Assembly (NCBI GenBank): GCA_951406725.2
Contig: OX597827.1
Span: 3,596,001 to 3,660,000 of the forward strand
Direction: 5' to 3'
Source: Octopus vulgaris
Taxonomy: Eukaryota
DNA: 64,000 nt
Shown: piece after piece, positions 12,495 to 24,743 of the stretch
Position numbering within the stretch: position 1 is the stretch's first letter
Layout of the letters: the number at the start of each line of letters is the position of its first letter
Translations under genes and position numbers: made by a program
Notes under the pieces: generated by a model
What the model saw: only the letters and a program-made list of their open reading frames with translations
Told to the model about the DNA's origin: nothing
The model's database searches: none

Positions 12495-12685
12495 ATCCAA
12501 ACAAGAAAGCACAAAAAAACACAACGCGAGGACATGGAACAAATATAGTATTATTGGACGCTCAGGAAAGAAGGAAAGAAGGAGGGTTTAACGTTTTGAG
12601 CGGAGCTCTTTGTTGGAAACATAGGAGAAGGAAAGATCTAGAGAAGGGAAGACAGAAGAGAAAAAAATCGCCAACAGTACACAAG
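12491..12685 (-). mobile_element. Second copy of the 8512-8735 HHR repeat, ribozyme core decayed
   Basis: High similarity; core reads CCAACAA...AAAACGTT (12586-12620). Confidence 0.8.
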
Positions 12686-12977
12686 GACAGTGGGGTGAGC
12701 TACTCATTTTATTGCATAATTCTACAATTGTTTCATTGATGCTTGGTAGGAAGTTTATTGCTGGAATATTATTTTATAATATACTAAATAACACATTGAA
12801 TTAGTATTATTCTAGTAATCCTGGAAAATATCAACTCTTCATGTCTATGCATAAATTCCCTTCCTCTCCTCCAGAATTTTACACAGAACTTAGCTAATCA
12901 CCAGTTTTCTCCAAAATATTCTCCTTGTATAATAATTTGCTGGATCTCTACAGAATTATGCTAATATTCTATTAGTC

Positions 12978-13170
12978 TAAGGTGGCAAACTGGCAGAATT
13001 GTTAGCATGCCAAACTGTCTTTATGCTCTAAGTGCAAATTCTCCAGGGTCAACTTTGCCTTTCATCCTTTCGGAGTCAATAAAATAAGTACTACTTCAGC
13101 AGTGGAGTTGATGTAATCGACCTAACCCCTCCCCCAGAGTTGCTGGCCTTGTGCCAAAATTTGAAATCAA
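12978..13170 (+). mobile_element. SINE, same central block as 290-485
   Basis: aaggtggcaaactggcagaa...actttgcctttcatcctttcggagtc. Confidence 0.75.
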
Positions 13171-13987
13171 TATTTTGGGGGAACAATTTTATCAAGATTA
13201 ATTAAGTGAATAAACAGCTAACATTGAATTTAAAGTGATATGGCACAATAAACGGCTTTTAGAGCAGCATCGGCAGATGCCTTTGAATATGTTTTCATAG
13301 GGTCAAATGTTATGCATGGTGCCTACTATCTACTGTATTTGACTAAATTCTGCCACTACAGGCCTTTGCTGATGAAATCACTAGGCTTAACGAATTCTTT
13401 AAGATATTAGTGCCTTTAACTGTCCTTATATTCATGAGCTTATTCCATTATCCACCTTTCAAAATTGGCAGGATGAGGACACATCCACCTTAAATTTCTT
13501 AAATGCTAGTATTTCTGAATGGAAATTTCACTTGTTGATAATCCATGGATTAATCAGTAACTTACTGCCTACTTGTTATTTGGTTGCCTGATAAGTTAGA
13601 AAGTATGTAATGTATTACACACTCTAACTAACTGTATTATGCTTATGTCACAATAAAGACTCCTAATGAAACAATTGTAGCAATAGCAGATTATCCATCC
13701 ATCTGTTTTTTTATTTTATTTTACACTATTCTTAAGTTTCTATTTGTTATTGGATAATTTCGGATATTCTTGGATACAACTGAAACTGTGAATTAGCCAA
13801 CAACTGTGAGCTTCCCTCACTGATGCATTCCATGCTAAGAAAATGGATTATTTAACTCTCTGTTTTGCGTCATTCAGTCTAGCCAATTTATGGTGGGATG
13901 CTACACTTCAATATGCCTTGATCCTTTATGGCTCCCCTGCAATCATAACTACAAACACTTATACACACACACATGCATATGTTATAT

Positions 13988-14020
<33 letters not shown>

Positions 14021-14217
14021 TACATACACACACATATACTTATGTATACACAATGTGCACATAATGTATATAAAATTATATCTCTCTCTATCAGTCTATC
14101 TATCTATGTAGCTATGAAACTATCGATTTCTTTCTCTGTGTGTGTGTGTAGGTAAGAACTATGGATCTTTCATTCTGCAACACTGTGAGTTTGTGGGATA
14201 AAAGATCCTGGTTAGCC

Positions 14218-14248
<31 letters not shown>

Positions 14249-14569
14249 CACAAATACATATATACATGCATATATATGCGCATGTGTGTATGTGTATGCA
14301 TACATGTATGTGTATATATTCTATGACTGGAGGCTATTGAAGACGAAAAGATTGTTGTTTTATATAAAGCCTCAGCAAAACTATAACACACAGATCTAAC
14401 TGATGCTATACCACATCTAGACCTATCTACTTAACCCTTTAACTGCAAATTTAAATTTCATGGTTATTCCAGTAATGATATTAAATATCTATCAAAAAGT
14501 GGAATTGGTTCTTTTTCTTTTTTTTTCTGCAAGTCACGTTGCTTCCATAAACTTGACACATCTCAATAG

Positions 14570-14724
14570 AAAATATTTTCAAATATGACATTCTCCAACA
14601 AAAGATAGATTGTCGAATAAAACTGCTTTCTGCAGTTAAGGCTAATGAAATTTTGAATGGATCTATATCTGATTTCTGCAGTAAAAGAGTTAAGAAGATC
14701 AGAATGGATGAAAATGGATGCTAA
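14570..14724 (+). CDS. Candidate terminal exon (NIFKYDILQQKIDCRIKLLSAVKANEILNGSISDFCSKRVKKIRMDENGC*)
   Basis: caatag acceptor, 51 open codons in non-repeat sequence, basic cluster near C-terminus, TAA stop. Confidence 0.4.
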
Positions 14725-15399
14725 AAGTATACTGCTGCTACTGCAGATGATGATGATGATGGTGGGAGGGGTTATGATGATGATGGTGGTGGTGAGTTTA
14801 TGATGATGATGATGATGATGAGGAGGAGGAGGAGGAGGAGGAGGATAATGACACAGCATTGACAACATCAGTGATAATAATCATGATTGCTTAATCATAT
14901 TGTTTAACTAACTCTATGTTGAGCCTGACTCTTCAAAACAGTGAGAAAATGGTGTTTGAACTAGGAGCATTCCCTCAGTTTCATATTTTCGGGCAGTGTT
15001 TCTCTGTATCCAACTCATTCCCTATCTATCTCTAATCATTTGTCACACTACTCTCACTATACTGACCCATCCAACTTTTTTTGATCTCCTATCCTAATAT
15101 TCAACTTATACAATGACCTCACATCTCTCTCTCTCTCTCTCTCTTTCTATCTATCTATCTATCTATCTATCTCCATTTCTGTTTCCATATAGGGAAGTCA
15201 TGTGTCTATCTTTTCAGCAAGACACCTACTTCTGTCCCTCCATACCTACTTCTCTATCCCTCAGTACGATACCCCAGTCAGTTGAGGGGTTTTGTCTTGC
15301 CAGTTCTTGGTGACCAGAGAAATGTTGCTGGTGTTTCTAGCTGCTTTAGTGACCACATAGAGGCCTCTCTCCTTGACTCAATATGTTTGTACTTATATG

Positions 15400-15718
15400 T
15401 GACATGTGTCGAGCTTACGATCGTGAGGTTGTGAGCTCGAATCCCGGACTGGGCTGCGTGTTGTGTTCTTGAGCAAGGCACTTTATTTCACGTTGCTCCA
15501 GTTCACTCAGCTGTAGAAATGAGTTGCGACGTCACTGGTGCCAAGCTGTATCGACCTTTGTCTTTCCCTTAGTTAACACTGGTGGCGTGGAGAGGGGAGG
15601 CTGGTATGCATGGGCGACTGCTAGCCTTCCATAAACAACCTTGCCCGGACTTGTGTCTAGGAGGGTAACTTTCTAGGTGCAATCCCATGGTCATTCATGA
15701 CCGAAGGGGGTCTTTACC
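15400..15718 (+). mobile_element. tRNA-derived CORE-like SINE
   Basis: B box gctcgaatccc, gttcttgagcaaggcacttt block; copy at 24138. Confidence 0.85.
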
Positions 15719-16750
15719 TTATGTGGGGTGTGTATATATTACAAGCATACATGATATATGTATGCATGTAATATGTATGTAAGCATGTTTGTATGAATGT
15801 ATATGGTGTACATATATATGTATGTATTTATGTTAAGTATCTGTGTTTATATGTGTGCATGTATATATGTATGGCACTTATGCATGTATATGTGTTATGT
15901 AAGTGTATGTATGAATGTGGCATATATATGGTGTGTATAACATGTATACATATATGTATGGTTGTATTGTACATAATATATATAGTATATGTATATGTAT
16001 GTACAATTTATAAAACATTTCACTAACGTTAGCATAAAAAAATTTTGAGGTAAAATGATGCAAAATAGAAAAAATAGAATGGAAAAAAGAAGAAAGAAAG
16101 ACAAAAAAAAATTCCAAGAAATAAAAACCAGAACCTATTATTCGTTGCATGAAACATGTTATTGTAAATTCTTCTTCCAAAGCCTTCAGCATCACAAGCA
16201 TTCTTCACTGTGTTGCTGTGATGTCTAAGCTTATTCTTCCATGATAATTCTATGCATGGGTAGCTTGATTACAATGTGAGAAAGAAGTCACCCTTATGTG
16301 GCTGAAGGAGAATTGGTTTTAATATTTTTTTTTCTGCTTTTTGTTTGAAGTATTTATCTGAATATTTCTTAGAGAAAACGTTCAGTTGCGAGTTATCGCA
16401 AATTCACCAAGGCTTGAAATATATACAAGACGTCAGGTGGTAGAGACATGTTTGAATATTATTAAACTTTTTCTTATACACCTTCACCTTTGTTATGTCT
16501 CTGAATGTGTGTAGAAGTGCCTACAAGTGCATGTGAATATATGTGTGTCTGTGTGTGTGTGTGTGTGTGTGTGTATACTTATAAGTATGTATGTGTAAAT
16601 GAGCAAGTTTGATTTAGCAGTTGGATATGTTAGGGTATTAAAATTTTAAATTTTCATTGAAATCTGTAAAATGAATTTGTTCAAATGAAGACTTGGAATA
16701 TTTCTTCATACAAACTACACTACTACATATACATACACACACACACACCT

Positions 16751-16795
<45 letters not shown>

Positions 16796-16797
16796 TA

Positions 16798-17012
16798 TAC
16801 CAGAGTAAGCACAAATATGGGAAAGAAGGTGGGAAAAATAGTACTCGAATACCAGAGGTAGAGTAATATTCTTTATTAAAAAAGCAGCAATGATATTACA
16901 AAAATTGTTACTTAGAGATTCACGTTGCCGTTCATTGGACAGTTTTGAAAACTGTCCAACGAATGGGAACGTGAAACAGTTTTTGTGATATCTTTGCTGC
17001 TTTTTTAATAAA
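16798..17012 (-). mobile_element. Tail plus foldback copy of the 9880 HHR family, decayed
   Basis: Inverted arms 16872-17012 centred on cagttttgaaaactg; adjacent to (TA)n/(CA)n. Confidence 0.8.
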
Positions 17013-18019
17013 TTCAAGCCCAAAATATCGCATACAAAGTAAGTCTACATTAATTCACATGGTTGTTTTCTTGTGATTTACCTTGCATTTACTTCACATT
17101 GTTTAGGCTTTACAAATGATCCTTTATACAATATATATATATTAATAAAAGTGTACAGAATTATATAACAATTATGGCTGCTCTTATCAATTGGTTTCAC
17201 ACTAGGTGTTTAACAGAGTATTAGGTAACAACCCAATTATGTAAACCTGCACTCTTCAGAGGTAGCTGTTATAGAATGAAATATGGCAACTGCCATATAT
17301 ATATATATATATATCATCATATATATATATCATCATCAACATCCGTTTTTCATGCTGGCAGTTCGACTGGGATCTGGAAAGCCAGGAGGCTGCACCAGGC
17401 ACATGTCTGATCTGGCAATGTTTCAACAGCTGGATGCCCTTCCTAACGCCAACCACTCTGTGAGTGTAGGGGCCAGAGGGGGCTAGCATTGACCACAATC
17501 GGATGGTGCTTTATACGTGCCACTGGCACAGGAGCCAGTCAAGGCAGTGTTAGCATCGGCCACATTCAAATGGTGCTTTTTACGTGTGTAAAAAAGAAAT
17601 AATAATAATAAAATATGTACTGGGGTTGATTTCTTTGACAAAACAGTTCAAGGTGGTGCACCAGCATGGCCAGAGTCCAGTGACTGAAACAAGCAAAAGA
17701 TAAAAGATGTATATTGCACTTTGCTAAGAATGAGTACACGTGCACCATCATTGTGCTTTAAAAACACAATTGATAAATATCCTAGCATTTTGCTACTTGC
17801 TTCAATAACTCATAGCACACCTGCAGATCACATGCAACTCACCTGTACGTAGAGGTGCGGCAGCTGAAAATTTCTTCTATGCAGTCAGAAGACAAATGTC
17901 CTTAGTGGTTTGCACCTGTATAACCCAATATATGTTGTAGCATATTAGCTTGTAGTGAAGAAGAGTATAAAAGAAGCAACATTGATCACTGTACAATTTC
18001 TGAATTCCTCTTTGATGCT

Positions 18020-18479
18020 ATTAACACTTTTATATATGTATTCATATATATATATATATATATATAATAATGTGTATATATGTATGTATATATATATGTA
18101 TATATATATACATGTATACATATATATGTGTATATATATATGTATATATATATATATGTATACATATATATATGTATACATATATGTATATATATATATA
18201 TATATATATACATATATATGTGTATATATATATATATAAATATATATGTGTATATATATATACATATATATATGTATATATATATATGAACATATATATG
18301 TGTATATATATATATATGTATATATGTATATATATATATGTATGTATATATATATATGTAAATACATATATGCATGTATATATATATGTAAATACATATA
18401 TATATGTATATATAAATATATGTATGCATATATATATGTATGCATATATATGTATGTATATATATATATATATGTATGT

Positions 18480-18510
<31 letters not shown>

Positions 18511-18530
18511 CACACACACACACACAAACA
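18020..18530. repeat. (TA/TG)n microsatellite block
   Basis: Direct reading. Confidence 0.95.
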
Positions 18531-18889
18531 TACTGACAGAAACTAGTGCATTGGCATCAATGTGTGCCTGAAATATGAATAATTAGAATTATTGGATATG
18601 ATGGATGGCAGCCATGAAATTTTACCTTCAGCAGAAAATATACACAAAATGACATCTCCAGTGTTGACTGTAATCATCTCTTCTGGATGCTTGCTCATGT
18701 GGCAGGTGTAGTGTTTTGTACTTTGTTACCATAAACTTAATCATGATGTTACCAGACTTCTGACAGATGGCAGTGATGCTAAATATAGAATGCGGTAGTA
18801 CTAAATATTTTTATTCGTTATCTTTTGTCCTTAACTTGTTTCAGTCACTGAACTGTGGTCATGCTGGGGCACCAGCCTGAAGGATTTAA

Positions 18890-19063
18890 CCCTTAAGCGT
18901 TCAGTGTATTGTGTCAAACGTAATACTTATTTACTCATCCTATTTTGAATTAATCATGCATTATCTTGTAGCTTTGAGATTTTGATGTGATTGTTTACTT
19001 CTAGAACGACATTGTATGGCAAGTGTGAGAGGCTAGATTTGGCCAGTTTTAAACACTAAAGGG
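18890..19063. mobile_element. piggyBac-like MITE nested in a decayed SINE
   Basis: TTAA|cccttaag...ctaaaggg|TTAA. Confidence 0.75.
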
Positions 19064-19514
19064 TTAATCAAACAAATTGACCCCAGTACTGATTTTTATT
19101 TAAGGCTTGTACTTATATTACTGGCAGCTTTTGCCAAACTGCTATGTTAGAGGAACATAAACAAACCAACACCAGTTGTCAGACAGTGGTGGTAGTGGGA
19201 GAGGAACATAACACAAAGACATACACACACATGCATCATCATTGTTTAATGTCCAGTTTTCCATGCTTGCACAGATCAGTTGGGATTTGTCCAAGCAGAT
19301 TTTTTACAGCCAGATACTCTTCCTGTCACCAACCCTCATCTGTTTCCAAATAAGGTAATATTATATGACACTTCCAGAGTATGTTTTTCATGGGAAACTG
19401 AAAATGAGCATCACTTTTATGACAGTGATCTTCATTTACAGCCTTCAAATGAAGTCTAGATAAACGTGCATACAACTAAATATATATTATCTATATGTGT
19501 GTATAACCTCATCC

Positions 19515-20013
19515 GTCGACAGGCACCCATGCCAACCCCCCTTTGCTTGGGGTAAGTGAAATCGAAATCAAAATTGAACCAATCCTATGACTGGCACCCA
19601 GCAGGTGCCAGGACCCCTGGTGGTACTGGTGGTACGTAAAAAGCACTATCCGAATCTTGGCCGATGCCAGCGCTGCCTCGACTGGCTTCCATGCCGGTGG
19701 CACATAAAAAGCACCATCCGAATCGTGGCCGATGCCAGTGCCGCCTCGACTGGCTTCCATGCCAGTGGCACGTAAAATGCACCCATACGATCATGGCCGT
19801 TGCCAGCCTCGCCTGGCACCTGTGCAGGTGGCACGTAAAAAGCACCCACTACACTCACGGAGTGGTTGGCGTTAGGAAGGGCATCCAGCTGTAGAAACAT
19901 TGCCAGATAAGACTGGAGCCTGGTGCAGCCACCTGGCTTCCCAGATCCCCGGTCGAACCGTCCAACCCATGCTAGCATGGAAAACGGACGTTAAACGATG
20001 ATGATGATGATGA
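19515..20013 (+). mobile_element. RTE 3' UTR with ~68-bp internal tandem units and (GAT)n tail
   Basis: Same family as 2895-3650 and 5625-5995. Confidence 0.9.
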
Positions 20014-20644
20014 TATATGTGCTAGCAGAAATAACCGATGTTGCCTGGGTTAAAGAAAACAATGAAATTTAAAGATGCCTTTTAGATCTCTAACATGAAA
20101 CATAGACTACACAGGTCTTACCTCCTAGTAGCTGAGATACCAACTTTATATGTTAATAACCCAGTGTTTCCCAGGTTGTTGAAAATAATGAAATTTAAGT
20201 GTGCCTTTTAAATCTCTAAGTAAAATGAAACACGAACTATGCAGTTCTCAACAGTAATTAGCTGAGGTACCAAGTGTATATGTCAATAACATGTTTTGTC
20301 CAATGTTCTCACTGTTAAAATTGTTAAAAGAAACAGGTAGTTCTTTGTCTTTGCAATCGTCTTCAATTGCAAGTTCTTATTTGAAACACGTTGAACCTGA
20401 AAATGCATAAATTTGAGGAGAACCGACCTGCGAACGCGCCTCTCCTGTTAATAAGTACATTTAACAAAAATTCTATCAGACGGCGTCAGTATAAACAAAT
20501 GTATTGAAACAAATTTGGAAATCAATCACAGTTTAATTATCTAGAGCTTCTAAATATACGATGTTTAAAGTGTTTCCTTTAATTGGTGTATAAATGAAAA
20601 GATTTTGGGGACTTCCAACTCACCAACATCCTACATATAATAGT

Positions 20645-20929
20645 CCATGAGAGAAGCAAGTCCAACTTCTCCCAGTTTCCTTGGCGTATAAGTTCCCCAC
20701 CTGGATGGGACGCCGGTCCGTCGCAGGTGAGCTGCAAGATGCAGGAGGAAAGAGTGAGAGAAAGTTCTGGTAAAAGAGTCAGCAGAAGTTCGCCATTACC
20801 CTCTGCCAGAGACGCGTGGAGCTTAGGTGCTTCGCTCATAAACACACACATCGCCCAGTCTGAGATTCGAACCTGCGATCCCTTGACCGCGAGTCCGCTA
20901 CTCTAACCACTAGGTCATGTGCCTCCACT
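20645..20929 (-). mobile_element. tRNA(Arg-like)-headed SINE variant nested in the Helitron
   Basis: Head gtggaggcacatgacctagtggttagagtagcggactcgcgg...ggttcgaatc. Confidence 0.85.
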
Positions 20930-20955
20930 TAAATTGGAGTCTGTCCAAACTAAAT

Positions 20956-21183
20956 TCAAAGCAACCTTGAAAGTGGATGAGTTGTTCGTCCACCTGTCAA
21001 GAGAGTAGCTGCTATTCCAGAAGATGCTACCGCCAATGCAATGCACCCATCTAGACGGACTTTTGCTAGCAAAAGGCTGATCAAATACGTCTCGCCAGTA
21101 TCCCCAGAAGCATCCAAAAAGAACAGGCCACCCTTTACCTCCTGAGTCATTTCAATGAGGCAATTGTAAGCTGAAATGAACAC
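20956..21183 (-). pseudogene. Helitron Pif1-type helicase fragment
   Basis: FFLDASGDTGETYLI (degenerate Walker A) and ALAVASSGIAATLLTGGRTTH. Confidence 0.9.
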
Positions 21184-21308
21184 TCACATAACTATATATG
21201 TTATGTATAGGAAACAGATGTGTTGACAATTGATCAATTAAATGAAATCTCCGTATGAAAATGTTTTTATCACACACACACATCTTACACAAACGGAAAG
21301 CCGGAGAA

Positions 21309-21870
21309 GGCATAACTACAGATTTCTACCCCACGCCCTCCCGAATTTGGATGATCATAACTTTCAGAAAATTGGATATTTTTTAATGAAATTTTCTACG
21401 AATATGTGTTATATCATGTATATTCCGAATATACAAACTTTTGTGGGGGGGAAGTGTTATAGGAGGAGGTGGGGGAGGATTTTCGGAAAATTCACCAGAG
21501 TCCACTTCAATTCGTCTTAACTTTCAGGAAAATGAATAATTTTTAATGAAATTGTCAACAAATATACCTCGGAGTATGTAGATTCGGAGCATATAGGATA
21601 TTTGGAGAAAACAATTGGGGTTTATTTTTGAGAACTGTTCCCCACTCGGGAGTGTTTCGGAACAAGTCCATATTTCTTTCATTTTCTCTGTTTTGTGCAT
21701 TTGTTCATCCGTATATAAAATCCTTAACCTCAGCCGTAAAATTTCGGGAAAAAACTGAAGTGAGAGTGATGGGGGGGGGGGGCATATTCGTAGAAAACTT
21801 CATTAAAAAATATCCATTTTTCTGAAAGTTATTATCCAAAGTCAGGGGAGCAGAAATTCGTAGTTATGCC
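21309..21870. mobile_element. Mutator-like MITE
   Basis: TIRs ggcataactac/gtagttatgcc extending imperfectly ~100 bp; exact 9-bp TSD GCCGGAGAA at 21300-21308 and 21871-21879. Confidence 0.85.
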
Positions 21871-22450
21871 GCCGGAGAAGAATATAAAAAATTTAAGTAC
21901 CTTTAGAAATGCCTTTTTTCCGAAATCGTCACGACTGAATATGAAATGTTAATAAGGCGACTTGTTCCAAAAATGTCCGAAATATGTATTGGAAAATTTA
22001 AGAAAAAGGCGTCTATCTCCGTATGAAATTTTTTCCTTACGTGAAAGTACCTTTTGAAATTCTTTATCAGAAATCGTCACAACTGTATACATACATGCAT
22101 ATATACACACACGGGTGTAAATAGTTGGTTAAGACGCCAATTATAGGAAGTTCAAAGTTAGTTATTACGTCAGAATACCAAAGACAGGAAGTTCAGAAAA
22201 CGATTTGAAGAAGTGAATCTTTATATAAATATAAAGCAATATTATTTATTTTTACCAAAAAAAAACAAAAACCCAATTATGAGCATATTATTCTTTCCAA
22301 GGTCAAATTATTCCTATACCCAAGTATGGTCAAATTGATCCCGAGGTTTGAGCATGTTTTGAGGACACACACACACAGACAGACAGGGTGTTTTATATAT
22401 TAAGAGGATAAACTCTGAATTTACCTGTCGAGAACTTTCCTACATACCTT

Positions 22451-22526
22451 GTCTCTGATGATAGAAAACCCAGTGTACAGACATGTTAGCCTATCACTTG
22501 GGATATCCCAGAAACAGGTGTAAGAC
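22451..22526 (+). ncRNA. Type-I hammerhead motif with long, partly decayed stem II
   Basis: gtct-CTGATGA-...cccagtg...cacttggg...-GAAA-CAGGTGTA-agac. Confidence 0.6.
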
Positions 22527-22602
22527 TTCAAATTTACCATACCCTAAGTAAATATTCTAAATGACTTGAGACTCCTGCCTTGGTTTTTGTTGTCCTTTTC
22601 CC

Positions 22603-22669
<67 letters not shown>

Positions 22670-22675
22670 TATATA

Positions 22676-23548
22676 CGTGATCTGATCAATAAGTATCCGG
22701 ACTGTTGCCATAGTAATGAAGCTAAAGCATGGAGAGTGAAGCCATTTGGCATAGATTGACCTTGAACTCTGCTGTGCATGCACACCAAGTTTTAACATTC
22801 CAGCTCACTTCTGCTGTTTACAGCGGTGCTTGGAAGGAAGATGTATAGTGTGTGATTATGGTATTGACTATGAGGAAGTAAGATGAGCAGAGAATCTGTA
22901 TCAAATTTTGCCAAAAGCTTGGTGATACCTGCTCAGAGGTCTATGCAAAGTTTTCAAAAAGTTTTCATTATTCTTGATACAATCAAGGAGATCTTGTACA
23001 ACTGAAACCTGAGTGTCTTTTTGGTCAGCTGAAAGCAGTTTTGGCACAAACTTCACAGACACGAATTGCATACACAAATCTTCAGTGATAATGGACTGAA
23101 CTGAACCATAACTAATCTGCACATCCTCTGATGACACACAGATGTTGATTTGATGATTGCTCCTCACAGCTGCAAGCACATCTGCCATGTTTTTCTCGGT
23201 TTTGCTAGTTACGGGTCTCTTAGAATGTTCGTCAATATCAACATTTTTTCTGCCATCTTGAAAACTTCTGAACCACTCATACACTTCTCTATACCCTTTC
23301 TGCAACTTTGCATAGGTGTCTGAGCAAGTATCGCCATGTCAACTTTCTCTTTCTTGGTCAATGAAAGATTCACATGCTACACACCTTCCTTCCAAGTACT
23401 GCTGTAAACAGCAAAAGTGAGCTAGAATGTTAAAGCTTAGTGTCCATGCACAGCAGAGTTAAAGGTCAATCTTTGCCAAGCGGCTTTACTCTGCATGCTT
23501 TAGCTTCAAAACTATGGCAATAGTTCAGATACTTATTGATCAGAATTC

Positions 23549-23550
<2 letters not shown>
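22676..23550. mobile_element. Mariner derivative built from two opposed 5' ends
   Basis: Long inverted arms; plus strand EQRICIKFCQKLG, minus strand VYEWFRSFQDGR...RPVTS...VPKLLSADQK; TA flanks. Confidence 0.85.
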
Positions 23551-23584
<34 letters not shown>

Positions 23585-24027
23585 CAAAATAATAAATATA
23601 TATACATATGCATATATACATACATATATGTACATACCTACATCTATATGTATATATACAGGCATATATGGGTACAGGACACCAAAAAAACATGGAGCAC
23701 AATGAGAAACGAAAACATAAAAAAACATGGAAATGGACTTTCTTCAAACAACGAAAAAAACAGAGTACAAAACATGCAACACAAGGAATATTCCCCTTCG
23801 TCAGCTGCCCCTGATTCAACTACTCAGTGTTTCGAAGGTAAGGGCAAGACACGACTCCGTTGAAACAGTCCTTCCTGCAAAGCAAATTAAATAAAATCTG
23901 GGATTTTTTGCAGAGGGGTAAAAGTGGTAACAAGAACAGAACAGTAAAAACAATACAAATAAAAACAGCAAAAGACAGGACAAGAAGAATAACACAGTAA
24001 AAACAAACAGTAAGGGCTGTTAAGCCG

Positions 24028-24084
<57 letters not shown>

Positions 24085-24137
24085 GTGTATCTGTGTGGGG
24101 CTGGGGGTATCTGTGTATGTGTGTGTGTATGAAAGCA

Positions 24138-24435
24138 CGTGCCCCAGTGGTTAGAGCATCAGGCTCACAATCATGAAGCAGTTAGTTCAATTCTTGTACC
24201 AGGCTCTCTGTGTGTTCTTGAGCAAGACACTTTAGTTCATGTTGCTCCAGTTCACTCAGTTGTAGAAATGAGTTGTGACATCACTGGTGCTGAGCTGTAT
24301 CGGCTCCTTTGCTTTTCCCTTGGATAATTTTAGTGGTGTGGTCTTCCATAAACAACCTTGCCCAAACTTGTACCTTGGAGGGGAAATTTCTAGGTGCAAT
24401 CACATGGTAATTCAGGACCAAAGAGCGTCTTTACC
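24138..24435 (+). mobile_element. tRNA-derived CORE-like SINE
   Basis: Collinear with 15400-15718. Confidence 0.85.
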
Positions 24436-24441
24436 CATTAC

Positions 24442-24482
<41 letters not shown>

Positions 24483-24656
24483 TCCTTATCCTCATTCCTT
24501 ATCAACTGAAAAAACAGTATGGATGTTTTGTTTTGGTGTCTCGCTATGCCACATACGACTATGAGGATTTACCTTCCCAATGTAACTCGTTTCTTTCCCA
24601 AACTTCCTCTCAAACCTGCTATAATGTAATGCATGTCTTTGGTGTGGTAATTGTAC

Positions 24657-24743
24657 GCGGCTGAAGAAGGCTGTTGACCTACATGTTAAATCAATTATGC
24701 ATTGATATAAATTGCTCAATAAAGCCAGAAACATATGTACCGC
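24657..24743 (+). ncRNA. Type-I hammerhead ribozyme, core apparently intact
   Basis: gcgg-CTGAAGA-a-ggct...agcc-a-GAAA-CATATGTA-ccgc; palindromic stem III ACATATGT; predicted cleavage after GUA. Confidence 0.75.

Larger units (their letters stand above)
20022..22408 (-). mobile_element. Internally deleted Helitron with nested insertions
   Basis: 5' TCctcttaatatataaaa at 22408, 3' hairpin plus CTAG at 20022, internal helicase remnant on the same strand. Confidence 0.7.

Noticed and set aside
18565-18780. Minus-strand exon-like segment with splice signals
   Set aside because: All three frames hit a stop before the donor
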